The translations under genes and the position numbers were made by a program. Source: Nitrospinales bacterium (GTDB lineage Bacteria; Nitrospinota; Nitrospinia; Nitrospinales; VA-1). From it: a DNA stretch of 64,000 nucleotides. This document shows positions 18,679 through 28,365 of this stretch, in pieces (within the stretch, counting starts at the first letter, position 1; each line of letters starts with the position of its first letter). Location of the stretch: assembly GCA_047610985.1 (NCBI GenBank), contig JBLFWU010000009.1:12607-76606 (forward strand), written 5' to 3'. The notes under the pieces were generated by a model. It was not told the DNA's origin. It saw only the letters and a list, made by a program, of their open reading frames with translations, and made no database searches.

Positions 18679-19710
18679 TCATTTCGAAGTTCGCCTTTCG
18701 CTCATTTCACGAACCCACTCCAGTAGCACAAAATCCATCCACCGCCGATCTCCATGAGGGGTCTGTTGCCGTGATATATAACCCATATGCCCTCCTCCTT
18801 GAGGCTGATAGATAGACACATGATTATTAACTGAAATATCTTTGAATACTTCCGGTGGCACAAATGGATCATCCAGAGAACAGAGAATCGATGTCGCCGT
18901 CTTTATATTTCCCAAGTAATGCTTACCGCTGCATTGGTCATAATAATCATCCAAATCTTTGTACCCTCCGGCAGGTGCGGTATAACTGGCATCAAAATTC
19001 CAGATCGTACTCAACTCCGGGTCTATTGCATTCGGGAATTTTTTCTTCAAAGCACGCATCTGATTTCCAATCAACCTCATATAATAACGGTTGAACAACC
19101 AACAAGAACGATGAGTAGATATAATATGACTGGCAACTCGCAAATCGACAGGTGGGTTTACTGCCATTGACCCTATCAGTCCTGGAGGGGTCGAACGACC
19201 CTCGCCTAAATATTTAAGTAGTATATTTCCACTTAAAGAAAAGCCGATTAAAAGCAGATGCGGATGACGTTGCGAAAAATAATCGATCATTTTAGCCAAG
19301 TCTTCGCTTGAACCACCATTCCACAAACTGGAACTCAGCCCCATCCCCGGGCCACTACCTCGCTGGTTGATTAAGATTACACCGTATCCCTGCAACCCAA
19401 GTTTTGCAGCAATACGTTTTATATAACCGGATTCTGAACAACCTCCCATACCATGCGCCAACAAGACCGTTGGTTTATCTTTATCCATTGCTTCGATTTC
19501 AAACGCAATGGATATGGCATCCACATCAAGGTTAATGGTATGAGAAATTTTTTCTGGAGAAAATTTGGGTTTACCGGGAAATTGCGATCCAATTATCGTC
19601 TGTAAGATGCCCCCACCAGAAGCAGGGACAAAAGTACTCATTAAATGGTCGATCTCCAAAAACATCCCCCCTCTGTGAGTATCGTTCAATAATTGAATGG
19701 AATTTTTCAT
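18679..19710 (-). CDS. alpha/beta-fold hydrolase (YheT-like)
   Basis: 343 aa. HGMGGCSESGY oxyanion region, GFSLSGN nucleophile elbow, C-terminal GGHMGY. Confidence 0.75.
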   Translation of the reverse strand: MKNSIQLLNDTHRGGMFLEIDHLMSTFVPASGGGILQTIIGSQFPGKPKFSPEKISHTINLDVDAISIAFEIEAMDKDKPTVLLAHGMGGCSESGYIKRIAAKLGLQGYGVILINQRGSGPGMGLSSSLWNGGSSEDLAKMIDYFSQRHPHLLLIGFSLSGNILLKYLGEGRSTPPGLIGSMAVNPPVDLRVASHIISTHRSCWLFNRYYMRLIGNQMRALKKKFPNAIDPELSTIWNFDASYTAPAGGYKDLDDYYDQCSGKHYLGNIKTATSILCSLDDPFVPPEVFKDISVNNHVSIYQPQGGGHMGYISRQQTPHGDRRWMDFVLLEWVREMSERRTSK

Positions 19711-19842
19711 ACGCCGAATGTATCCTTATAATAGGATGTTTTTCAGCTAAGGTTGACACTTTAGCAAGGTATTGATAGATTGCAAAATTCAACTTTTAAA
19801 AACCAAATCAACCTTGAACCAACCAAAAATCTAAGCTTTCTT

Positions 19843-21201
19843 ATGCGTTTTATTTCGTTAGTATCACTGGTTTTATTCCTACTTGCTCCTGTTGCAGAAG
19901 CTTCTTCTCCTTCCATCGAAGCCAATCTTCATTACCAAAAAGCCATGAAGCTAAGCCAACAAAGGTTGTGGAAGGATGCTATCCCCGAATTTATTAAAGC
20001 CGCTAAACTAGCACCTAAAGACGGCTTACTGCATGCGAATCTTGGTGTCGCATTAAGTCAAACAGGGATGCACAAAGAAGCGCTATTTTCGTTCGACAAA
20101 GCATTAAAACTTGGATATGAATCATCCGGACTTCGTTACAACCGTGGAGTTTCTTTTGCACATCTGAATTTGATAGATGAAGCCGTGACAGAACTGGAAA
20201 AAGCCTTGAACCTTGACCGAAGAATGGTGAAAGCGGAATACGATCTTGGTGTTTTATACAACCGGCAAGGCAACAGGAAAAAGGCTCAGGAGAAAGTAGA
20301 CACTCTGTTTAAACGTAACAACAAGCTGGCAAAAAAATTATTTGACCAATTAATACCCGATTATAAAGTCATCACAGTCGATAATGGAGGAACACTAAAA
20401 GGCCGCGTTTCGCTGACGGGTCGCATCCCAAGAGCCCGTTCTTTTCATCTAGTGCATGCCCCGAACATTGAATTTTGTTCACGGATTTCAGATGGTAAAG
20501 GTCATCGTTTTCTGTACGATTTTACGGTATCGCTAAACCGAGGCTTGAAAGATACGATCATTTCCTTAACAGATATTAAAAAAGGAAAACCGTTTCCACA
20601 AAAAATGCAAACCTTTAATATAGACCGCTGTCGAGCCAATAACTACATCATTGGTATCAAGAACAGCGAAAACATCCTCATCGAAAATACCGATCCGATC
20701 CAGCACGAGATCGCAACCTATGAAGTGAGAAATATCTACTCCGATCAGACTTCAAATCGTCCTGTCATTCCAAAGTCTAGCCAGGTCAGGGCGGCATTCG
20801 TTCGTCACGATGCTAATGAATTCACTATCAAATGCAATCTTCACCCATTCCTGCAAACTCACGGATATCTGGTGGATAACCCCTATTATACCGTAACTGA
20901 CTCAGGTGGAAATTTTTCAATTGAAAACATCCCCCCTGGAACTTACGAGGTCGTGGCCTGGCACACTTATATTCCTCAAAAAAAAGGTACAATAACCATC
21001 ACCTCTAAAGGTGAAACAGAGATTAATTTTGAATTTAATGGTGCGGATGAGAGAAGAAAACTATACCACGATGATATTAAGGGTTATCGATTCAACACTT
21101 GGTATGACAGTAAAGAGAATTTTTATGGAGGCCCAAGAATTGACGATCCCGTGGAAGTATTGCAGGCCTTCTGCGACAAAGACCATATTTGTTCTGAATA
21201 A
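19843..21201 (+). CDS. secreted TPR protein fused to a cupredoxin-like/Ig-like module (paralog 1 of 3)
   Basis: Start set at MRFISLVSLVLFLLAPVAEA (signal peptide); the track ORF starts at 19780. TPR units at aa ~30-170. The C-terminal module shares conserved blocks with the ORFs at 44662 and 47752: GT(L/I)KG, xEFCS, IDRC, DPIQHE, CNLHPFL, NPYYTVTDSGGNFSIENIPPGTYEVVAWH. Confidence 0.65.
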   Translation: MRFISLVSLVLFLLAPVAEASSPSIEANLHYQKAMKLSQQRLWKDAIPEFIKAAKLAPKDGLLHANLGVALSQTGMHKEALFSFDKALKLGYESSGLRYNRGVSFAHLNLIDEAVTELEKALNLDRRMVKAEYDLGVLYNRQGNRKKAQEKVDTLFKRNNKLAKKLFDQLIPDYKVITVDNGGTLKGRVSLTGRIPRARSFHLVHAPNIEFCSRISDGKGHRFLYDFTVSLNRGLKDTIISLTDIKKGKPFPQKMQTFNIDRCRANNYIIGIKNSENILIENTDPIQHEIATYEVRNIYSDQTSNRPVIPKSSQVRAAFVRHDANEFTIKCNLHPFLQTHGYLVDNPYYTVTDSGGNFSIENIPPGTYEVVAWHTYIPQKKGTITITSKGETEINFEFNGADERRKLYHDDIKGYRFNTWYDSKENFYGGPRIDDPVEVLQAFCDKDHICSE

Positions 21202-21208
21202 TTGTGAT

Positions 21209-21817
21209 TTAACTCGATTTTTTTACCACAACCGCATTTAGTTTATGCTCCTGCCGAGCTTGCTCGGCGGCTTTTTGCGCCGAAGCTTCATCAGCATACT
21301 TCCCCAGAAATACCCGATGCCATACGCCTCCATGATTCTGCAATTCTATTTTCATTAGATATGCATCGAACCCTTTCTTCTGCAATTTCATTTTTAAAAT
21401 ACTCGCCATTTTCACATCACGAAACGAACTGACCTGAACAACAAAGCGAGGCAGTATTGTCGATTTCTTTTCTTCTGCAACAATAGCTTTTATATTTTTT
21501 TTTGGCTCTAACTTGGCGGGTTCGATGATTTTACTGTGAGAACGTGCGGGCTTGGCAGGTAAAGAAACAGGAAGCATTTCACCATGTAAACCAACATACT
21601 TGGTCATGGTCTTATCCTTCAAAGTTTCAAAAAAAGTAAATTGGTGAGAAACAGGCCCCAAAGCTTCCGTTTTATTGACAATGGATTTTGGCTTTATCGC
21701 ACTAACTTTTTTGACAACAGAAGGGTTCCCCTGAAAAAAACTAGGCAACAGCTCATCATTAAAATAGATAACCGATGAGCATACCAATATAAAAATCGTA
21801 AGATAAAGGAGTCGCAT
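21209..21817 (-). CDS. SPOR-domain protein
   Basis: 202 aa. N-terminal TM. C-terminal SPOR: FVVQVSSFRDVKMASILKMKLQKKGFDAYLMK...WHRVFLGKYADEASAQKAAEQ. Confidence 0.8.
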   Translation of the reverse strand: MRLLYLTIFILVCSSVIYFNDELLPSFFQGNPSVVKKVSAIKPKSIVNKTEALGPVSHQFTFFETLKDKTMTKYVGLHGEMLPVSLPAKPARSHSKIIEPAKLEPKKNIKAIVAEEKKSTILPRFVVQVSSFRDVKMASILKMKLQKKGFDAYLMKIELQNHGGVWHRVFLGKYADEASAQKAAEQARQEHKLNAVVVKKSS

Positions 21818-21838
21818 ATTATCTGTTCGGAATCAGGC

Positions 21839-23503
21839 TTACATCTTTTCAGGCACTGAAATTCCCATTAGGTCGAACCCGTTTCTAATAGTTATTCTTA
21901 ATCCATCCAACAAATACAGGCGCGCCAGCGTTAGTGGAACGTCATCTGAAATGACCCTGTGGCGACTGTAATAACCATGGAAGCGCGATACCAGATCGAG
22001 CAGGTAATGTGAAATACGGTGAACTTCCAACGCGAGAGCACTTTTCTCTACAACTTCAGGAAATGCTAAAATCGCTTTTATTATTGAGAACTCTTCCTCC
22101 TCAACAAGCAGGGAGAGGTCGATGCTTCCATTTCCTGCAAATTGAATATCCTTTTCCTCAGCACCACGAAAAATGCTGCAAATTCTTGCATGTGCATATT
22201 GAATATAGAAAACCGGGTTTTCCGATGTCTCCTGTTTAGCCAGTTCCAGATCAAAATCTAAATGTGCATCAGAGCTTCGCATGAGAAAATAATAACGTGC
22301 CGCATCCACACCGACCTCGCTGACCACATCTGACAGTGTTTCAAACTCGCCGGAACGGGTAGACATAGCCACCTTTTCTCCGCCTCTGAGCAAACTGACA
22401 AACTGTATCAATAATATCTTAAAGATATTTTTGTCATATCCCATCGCCTGCAAGACGGCCTCCATACGCGGCACATAGCCATGATGGTCGGCACCCATGA
22501 GGTTGATGATTTTCTTAAAACCACGTTTAATTTTATTTTGATGGTAAGCAATGTCCGAGCAAAAATAAGTCTTTTCACCGGTTTTTTTAACAATCACGCG
22601 ATCTTTATCATCGTCAAAAGCAGATGATTTCAGCCATACAGCACCGTCTTTATCATAAACATGGCCTTCATTTCGCAACCATTCAATCGCACCTTCGACC
22701 GAGTTATCTTCATATAAAGATTGCTCACTGAACCAATTGTCAAAGGTCACACGAAAAGCAGAAAGATCTTTTTTGATCCCCTCCAGAATATTGTTCTTTG
22801 CGAGTTCTTTGAAAAAGGGAACACACTCACCTTCGGGTTTATCAAAATATTCCTTGCCATGTTGATCAATGGCCAGTTGTGCAATGCCTTTTATATACTC
22901 ACCACGATAATGATTTTCAGGGAATTCCGCATCATTTCCCAATAGTTCCAGGTAACGCAACCAGGTAGAACGCCCCAAAATATTCATCTGATTCCCTACA
23001 TCATTGATGTAGTATTCGGTTTTCAGATCATAGCCTGCTTTTTTCAGTATCCGCGCCAACGTGTCGCCAACAGCGGCACCCCTGCCATGACCAATATGCA
23101 AAGGACCGGTTGGATTCGCACTGACAAACTCGATCATCATTTTTGTTCCCTGCCCAACATTCGACTTTCCAAATTCAGTACGCTGCTCAACTGCATCAGT
23201 CAATCTATCTAGAAAAAACTTTCGCGACATATTTATATTCAGAAACCCAGGACCGGCAATTTCTACCGAGTCCAACCCTGCAGCTCCCTCTTCAATATGA
23301 TTTTCAATGATCTGAGCAATTACTTTAGGATTCTTACGTTCGCTACGTGCCAGAGTCATAGCGATATTGCATGCAAAATCGCCCATTTTTTCGTCCTTGG
23401 GTTTTTCAACAACAATATCGGGAGCATCAGCAAGTTCCAACTCACCGGCATCTTTTGCCTTATTTAAGGCGCATTCAATTATTTCTTTAATGGCTTTTTT
23501 CAT
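21839..23503 (-). CDS. argS: arginine--tRNA ligase
   Basis: 554 aa. Class I HIGH motif SANPTGPLHIGHGRGA, MSTRSG (KMSKS-equivalent), and the DALR anticodon-binding C-terminus. Confidence 0.95.
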   Translation of the reverse strand: MKKAIKEIIECALNKAKDAGELELADAPDIVVEKPKDEKMGDFACNIAMTLARSERKNPKVIAQIIENHIEEGAAGLDSVEIAGPGFLNINMSRKFFLDRLTDAVEQRTEFGKSNVGQGTKMMIEFVSANPTGPLHIGHGRGAAVGDTLARILKKAGYDLKTEYYINDVGNQMNILGRSTWLRYLELLGNDAEFPENHYRGEYIKGIAQLAIDQHGKEYFDKPEGECVPFFKELAKNNILEGIKKDLSAFRVTFDNWFSEQSLYEDNSVEGAIEWLRNEGHVYDKDGAVWLKSSAFDDDKDRVIVKKTGEKTYFCSDIAYHQNKIKRGFKKIINLMGADHHGYVPRMEAVLQAMGYDKNIFKILLIQFVSLLRGGEKVAMSTRSGEFETLSDVVSEVGVDAARYYFLMRSSDAHLDFDLELAKQETSENPVFYIQYAHARICSIFRGAEEKDIQFAGNGSIDLSLLVEEEEFSIIKAILAFPEVVEKSALALEVHRISHYLLDLVSRFHGYYSRHRVISDDVPLTLARLYLLDGLRITIRNGFDLMGISVPEKM

Positions 23504-23587
23504 GCCAGGGTTCTCAAAATTTTAAGGGTCTTTGAATTTGGGTGGGCTTGGTTTTTATTGAGGAGTACAAATAATCGATGTCGAATA

Positions 23588-23899
23588 TTATTTCGAGTTC
23601 CGGACCGATTCTATTTCCTTTTCCATTTCTTCTTCAAGAGACTTTTTATCGTCCCGGAATTGAGCTTCCAGAATCATTTTTGCATCTGCAACTTCTTCTG
23701 GGGGTACGCGGTCTGTAAGTTTGCGGACTTTATCCAGCATCGTCACATCGCGGTCAGCAATTTGCGCTGTAAAATCTACTCTGATTTCAGCGATTTGATC
23801 TTTTTGCTTTTTGGTCAGCTTTTTCTTGGATTTTAGCTCTGGAACAAGATCATCCGACCGCTCCAGACTCAACTCCATTGAACTTTTCAAGCCCGACAT
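23588..23899 (-). CDS. hypothetical charged coiled-coil protein
   Basis: 103-aa K/E-rich ORF with no recognisable motif. It is the only long ORF in the gap. Confidence 0.4.
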   Translation of the reverse strand: MSGLKSSMELSLERSDDLVPELKSKKKLTKKQKDQIAEIRVDFTAQIADRDVTMLDKVRKLTDRVPPEEVADAKMILEAQFRDDKKSLEEEMEKEIESVRNSK

Positions 23900-23998
23900 T
23901 TCAACACCTCCAATTAAACATAACTAATTAATTATAAAGGAATTGTGGGCAGGACTCAATAACTTTAAGAACAAGAAGTATCTAAAGATGAAGGAAAC

Positions 23999-24781
23999 TC
24001 AATTTCCTGAAAAGGTGGTGCGTACATCGAGGATTTTAAAACGGTGTGATTGGAAAATTCGGTTGTCTTGTTTCAACACTTGATCGATTTGATGAACCAG
24101 CCAGATATTGCCAAATTTTTTATACCGGTAGGTCGAAGTTTCCTTATATTCCAGCTCACCCATGATAAAACTGGATCGGCTTTCAGTGATGGCCCATTTT
24201 CCACTCACTTTTTCATAACGAAACAAACCATTCACTTTTCGCGGAGCAGAGCGTTGCTTAAACCGTATTTTATCGACCTTCAAATCGCTCATATTTACCA
24301 GCAAATTATAGCTTTCGACATGCTTCTCCATTGAATCAGTCTGATACAGTAACCTGGCCCAACCCCCAGCCATCTTTTTCATTGCACCGCGGTAATGAGC
24401 AAACTTCTGTTTTAGCTTTAAGGGAATGATCAGCTCGCCATAGTTTTTGATCTGGTTTTTTAGCTCAAACTTGCGATTTATTGAATAACCTCTGTCATCA
24501 CCTATCAGTTCAAAATCGCGTCTTCCGTTTGCTCCATCATTCTTCCATGTAAATTCAAACTCCGGGTTTCGTAAAAATTTCCCTGAACCCGATGCGACAT
24601 CCAATTGCTCCCACTGAACTCGAGCAGTAATTTTTTCCAACCCGTTATCATGTTGAGGATAATAGTAGCTCTGATCAAGCTTGGAGAGAACCTCATCTGC
24701 TTCAGATTGCGCCCAGACATTGCTGATTCCGATAAGACAGAAGAGTATTAAAACAGAAAACCTAAAGACTGGCATAAACAA
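23999..24781 (-). CDS. secreted hypothetical protein (beta-rich, possibly LolA-like fold)
   Basis: 260 aa with a signal peptide (ILFCLIGISNVWA/Q). The start abuts the stop of the upstream thioredoxin-like gene (0-nt gap), indicating an operon. Confidence 0.5.
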   Translation of the reverse strand: MFMPVFRFSVLILFCLIGISNVWAQSEADEVLSKLDQSYYYPQHDNGLEKITARVQWEQLDVASGSGKFLRNPEFEFTWKNDGANGRRDFELIGDDRGYSINRKFELKNQIKNYGELIIPLKLKQKFAHYRGAMKKMAGGWARLLYQTDSMEKHVESYNLLVNMSDLKVDKIRFKQRSAPRKVNGLFRYEKVSGKWAITESRSSFIMGELEYKETSTYRYKKFGNIWLVHQIDQVLKQDNRIFQSHRFKILDVRTTFSGN

Positions 24782-25390
24782 TTAGTTTTGTGGATGGGTA
24801 TTTTCAACTCGCATAGAAAGCTTTTCAGTTGTCAATTCAGCAAGAGAGCCTCCGCCCTTCAAAGATAGAAGCGCGTTTTGAGAAGCTAAACTATCCCAGC
24901 TTCGAGCCCCAGATACATATCCTCTGATCTTCCCATTACCATCGATTAAATAACTGGTGGGAAGACCCATTATATAATATTGCTTCCTTACTTTCTGATC
25001 AGGGTCACGAAGAATATGAAAATTCAATTTATTCTTATCGGCAAATTCAATAATCCGGTCTTCGTTCCACCTGTCAATGGATATGGCTACGATTTCTACA
25101 TCATGTTTTTTGAGGTCGGCGTAAAGATTCTGCATTGATGCCATCTCTTCAATACAGGCCGCACACCAAGTTGCCCAAAAATTAACTAAAACAATTTTAC
25201 CTTTAAAATCAGATAGTTGAGTAACACCCCCTCGAATATTATTCAACTTAAATCCTGGGGCGGATTTAGAAATTTTAGGTGCCACTATACCCATTTCTTC
25301 AAATAGCAATGGGTTAGCCGTAACCTGAATTGGCAACAGCAAGAGGAACAAAGCTAAAGCCAAAACCTTCAAACATGTCTGAGTTTTCAT
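24782..25390 (-). CDS. periplasmic thiol:disulfide oxidoreductase, TlpA/ResA-like
   Basis: 202 aa with a signal peptide. Thioredoxin fold with VNFWATWCAACIEEM (CxxC). Confidence 0.85.
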   Translation of the reverse strand: MKTQTCLKVLALALFLLLLPIQVTANPLLFEEMGIVAPKISKSAPGFKLNNIRGGVTQLSDFKGKIVLVNFWATWCAACIEEMASMQNLYADLKKHDVEIVAISIDRWNEDRIIEFADKNKLNFHILRDPDQKVRKQYYIMGLPTSYLIDGNGKIRGYVSGARSWDSLASQNALLSLKGGGSLAELTTEKLSMRVENTHPQN

Positions 25391-25403
25391 AACTGAAATC
25401 CTT

Positions 25404-25685
25404 TTATCTTGCGTTTCTATGCAAATAATCTCTGATCAGTTTTTTCTCATCTACAGGAAAAGGCAAATCCTTCTTTCCCATAAAAGACTCCATCATTACC
25501 AAAAGATGGTCCCACTGTTCTGCTGTATGTCGCTGTGGGGCCGGCAGCCCATGGCACTGGGTGCATGTTTCCAAATACAGCTTAGCGCCTGGGCTTTCCG
25601 GTTCCGGTATCGTTTGGGTCATTGAACAACCCGTCATACAAAACAAACCAACTATTAAAACCAATGTTGCAATGCGTCTCGCCAT
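25404..25685 (-). CDS. small monohaem c-type cytochrome, probable lipoprotein
   Basis: 93 aa. Signal peptide with lipobox-like MTGC, a single CTQCH haem-binding motif, and downstream Met residues as candidate axial ligands. Confidence 0.75.
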   Translation of the reverse strand: MARRIATLVLIVGLFCMTGCSMTQTIPEPESPGAKLYLETCTQCHGLPAPQRHTAEQWDHLLVMMESFMGKKDLPFPVDEKKLIRDYLHRNAR

Positions 25686-25690
25686 CTCGA

Positions 25691-26830
25691 CTAGAATCCC
25701 AACGCCTTGGGTGCACTGAAACCTTTATAACGACGGCTTTTCTTAGTTGGAACTTCTACGTAATAAGAAAGTCGAAGCATCCAGTCATCACGCAATTGCG
25801 GTCCGTTCAAATCTTGATGAATTGGCACTGTCGCAGTCAGCTCCAAGATATGCAATGGAATTGGCTGGAACTGGGCACCGAAACTAAGTGCCATTTTATG
25901 TCCACCATAATTATGCGGATCGAACAAAGGAGTAGTAAAACTACTAGTTGGACCACCATGCCCTTGACCCAAAACTCGCTGCTTATAAGGCTCACGATTA
26001 AATCTGCCCTCATACCAACCATTCAACTGTGTATGAAGCACCACTTTGTCATGAACCTGGCGCATGGCATAAAAGTCATAGCGAAATTCTTGACCGCGAT
26101 GGTAACCTTCGTCATTGTTGTAAACATGAGCCTCAATCTGCGTATTAAAACCATACCACCAAGGATCGTGCGACCCCTGATAAGCAAACCCAATAATAGG
26201 ATCAATAGTGCCGCTGCCCAGTTGCATTTTAAAAGGCAGGAGCGTGCCATTCTGCCCGGCAACTGTATTATTGGTGAATTTTTTATCGATGGCTCCGGTA
26301 GGAAGAGAAAGTCCAAATAGCATAGACATTTGTCGGGTGGGAACCAGATTGTCGTCCTTATAAAATCGATACTTACCTAAAACGGTAGTATCTCCCATAC
26401 CCGTGGACCTCATAGTGAAGTCATTCCCACTAGCAGCCCTTACTCTCATCTGCATATTATTTTCTTGGTAATTGGTCATTGCCATCACTGCAAAATCATC
26501 GGTAAACGAGTAGGCACCGCCTATCATCGTCATATACATCTGCATAGCTTCTGGTGCAGCCACAAAAGTGGTTCCATTTGGAGTCCCAACTAATGAGTTG
26601 GTATCAATATCAGTGGTTCCGTCTCTCAGGGGTCCCATCTCCATGAACATTCCGCTGATCTTAAAACGAAATTCATGAGTTTCAGGAATTCCTCCCCCCA
26701 TAAGATTAAGAGGCATGTTGCCGCCACAATGAGCGCAGCAAAGCCCCACATAAGCTTGGGCCGCAGTCATCCAGACCAAAACGATTAAACTAGAAAATAA
26801 AGCAATTAAGCCCGTTTTTTTCTTAAACAT
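25691..26830 (-). CDS. outer-membrane beta-barrel channel (MetA-pathway/'transporter' family-like), Met/His-rich
   Basis: 379 aa with a signal peptide. The mature N-terminus carries CCAHCGG. GMGDTTVLGKY...LSLPTG...LGSGTIDP blocks resemble the PF13557-type barrel. C-terminal Phe (…ALGF). Confidence 0.6.
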   Translation of the reverse strand: MFKKKTGLIALFSSLIVLVWMTAAQAYVGLCCAHCGGNMPLNLMGGGIPETHEFRFKISGMFMEMGPLRDGTTDIDTNSLVGTPNGTTFVAAPEAMQMYMTMIGGAYSFTDDFAVMAMTNYQENNMQMRVRAASGNDFTMRSTGMGDTTVLGKYRFYKDDNLVPTRQMSMLFGLSLPTGAIDKKFTNNTVAGQNGTLLPFKMQLGSGTIDPIIGFAYQGSHDPWWYGFNTQIEAHVYNNDEGYHRGQEFRYDFYAMRQVHDKVVLHTQLNGWYEGRFNREPYKQRVLGQGHGGPTSSFTTPLFDPHNYGGHKMALSFGAQFQPIPLHILELTATVPIHQDLNGPQLRDDWMLRLSYYVEVPTKKSRRYKGFSAPKALGF

Positions 26831-26955
26831 TTTTACCTCTACAAATTGAATTAATGAAATACGAAACAGAAAAATATGAGGGTAATTGATATTAAAAAAA
26901 GCTAACGCGCAATTCAGCAGGACGCAATTCAGCCCTTATTACCAATCAAAAAATG

Positions 26956-27375
26956 CTAGGAAAGTTGTGGGGGGTGCTCAATAGAGAGGGGGAAAAGACG
27001 GACTTTATAATCTATAAGAGGATAAAACGAATGCAATGCTAAATGATGAATAAACTCATCTTGAGCTAATTGAGAGAGGTCATTTCCAAAGGAAAACCCT
27101 TTTTGATGAGATGCACCCGGATGCGAACCACAATCCGCTCTAAATTCCGCAGACTTAGAATGATTTTTTTGGTGCGGACAATCTTGCTTGATTTGATGCA
27201 GGTGAGCATTCAATAAACAGTGCAGTGGTTTATCGGCACTGACCTTATCAAAAGGGGAAACTATCTGGTGATGAGAATGATGGTTACCTGATGCCTGTGC
27301 AAAAGACGCCAGCAAAAATACGACAGCGAAAACCAACGCTATCTGCAAACAAAATATTTTTGTAAAACGCCGCAT
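26956..27375 (-). CDS. secreted His/Cys-rich small protein, possible metal binder
   Basis: 139 aa with a signal peptide, then SGNHHSHHQ. Many further His (HLHQIKQDCPHQKNH, CGSHPGASH) and three Cys. Confidence 0.45.
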   Translation of the reverse strand: MRRFTKIFCLQIALVFAVVFLLASFAQASGNHHSHHQIVSPFDKVSADKPLHCLLNAHLHQIKQDCPHQKNHSKSAEFRADCGSHPGASHQKGFSFGNDLSQLAQDEFIHHLALHSFYPLIDYKVRLFPLSIEHPPQLS

Positions 27376-27633
27376 TTAAACACCACTAGATTCGACACAA
27401 GTAATACATCCTTATATATACTCTTTTAAAGGCAATTATCAACTGTTTTTCAAAGGGATAGCTAGGACTAATCCTACCTCAGACAATTCACACAACCATA
27501 AATATATAATAATTAAAGTTAACTAAACACACATAAATACATGAAATAAAACAAATTAATTAAAACACTACCAATTGAACACCCATTTAATTGTTTGTTT
27601 TGACTTTAGCCATTTGCTATCCTCTGCCTTGAT

Positions 27634-28365
27634 ATGCAAACACCTGACCGCAACACTCTTTTAAGAGAATTAAAAAATTACCTGTTACTTTTACAGGATG
27701 CTGGGTACTCAGAAATTCCCTGTGAAACAGAATTGTTTGCTAAAACTGTTTCACTAAAATCCACCATTTCCTCTCCCGTGAAAATTATGGCAAGTGGCAA
27801 AAAAGCAACTCAATTAGTACAGGTGCGTGAAGAGCTTGGAGACTGCACCCGATGCAAGTTATCCCAGGGCAGAAAAAATATCGTGTTTGGCTCCGGCAAT
27901 CCACAGGCAGATCTTGTTTTTGTCGGTGAAGGACCGGGTGCCGATGAGGATGAGCAGGGTCTGCCTTTTGTTGGCCGAGCGGGAAAAAAGCTGACCGAAA
28001 TAATCGAAAAGGGCATGAATCTCGATCGGGAAAAGGACACTTATATCTGTAACATTGTCAAATGTCGCCCTCCTGGCAACCGAGATCCCGAAAAAGAGGA
28101 AATCGTCGCATGCAACCCTTTCCTCATTCAACAACTAAAAGCGATTCAGCCGAAGGTGGTGGTTGCTTTGGGAAAACCCGCCGCATCGACCCTACTTGGA
28201 AGAAGTGTGCCGATCACTAAAGAACGTGGTACCTGGCATGATTATGAAGGATTCAAATTGATGCTCACCCTGCACCCGGCTTACCTATTACGCGCCTATA
28301 CCATTGAAAACCGTAAGGCAGTACATGACGACATGAAAAAAGTTTTGAAAGAGCTCGGTAAATGA
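27634..28365 (+). CDS. udg: uracil-DNA glycosylase, family 4
   Basis: 243 aa. CTRCKL Fe-S cysteines, GEGPGADEDEQGLPFVGRAGKKL motif, C-terminal HPAYLLR. Confidence 0.88.
   Translation: MQTPDRNTLLRELKNYLLLLQDAGYSEIPCETELFAKTVSLKSTISSPVKIMASGKKATQLVQVREELGDCTRCKLSQGRKNIVFGSGNPQADLVFVGEGPGADEDEQGLPFVGRAGKKLTEIIEKGMNLDREKDTYICNIVKCRPPGNRDPEKEEIVACNPFLIQQLKAIQPKVVVALGKPAASTLLGRSVPITKERGTWHDYEGFKLMLTLHPAYLLRAYTIENRKAVHDDMKKVLKELGK

Noticed and set aside
25691-26830. Cyc2-like fused porin-cytochrome (Fe(II) oxidase): a ~380-aa barrel with an N-terminal Cys motif next to a cytochrome c
   Set aside because: The N-terminal motif is CCAHCG, which contains no CxxCH haem-attachment site, so it cannot be a c-type haem-porin fusion as written. 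It is kept only as a possible metal-binding OM channel.
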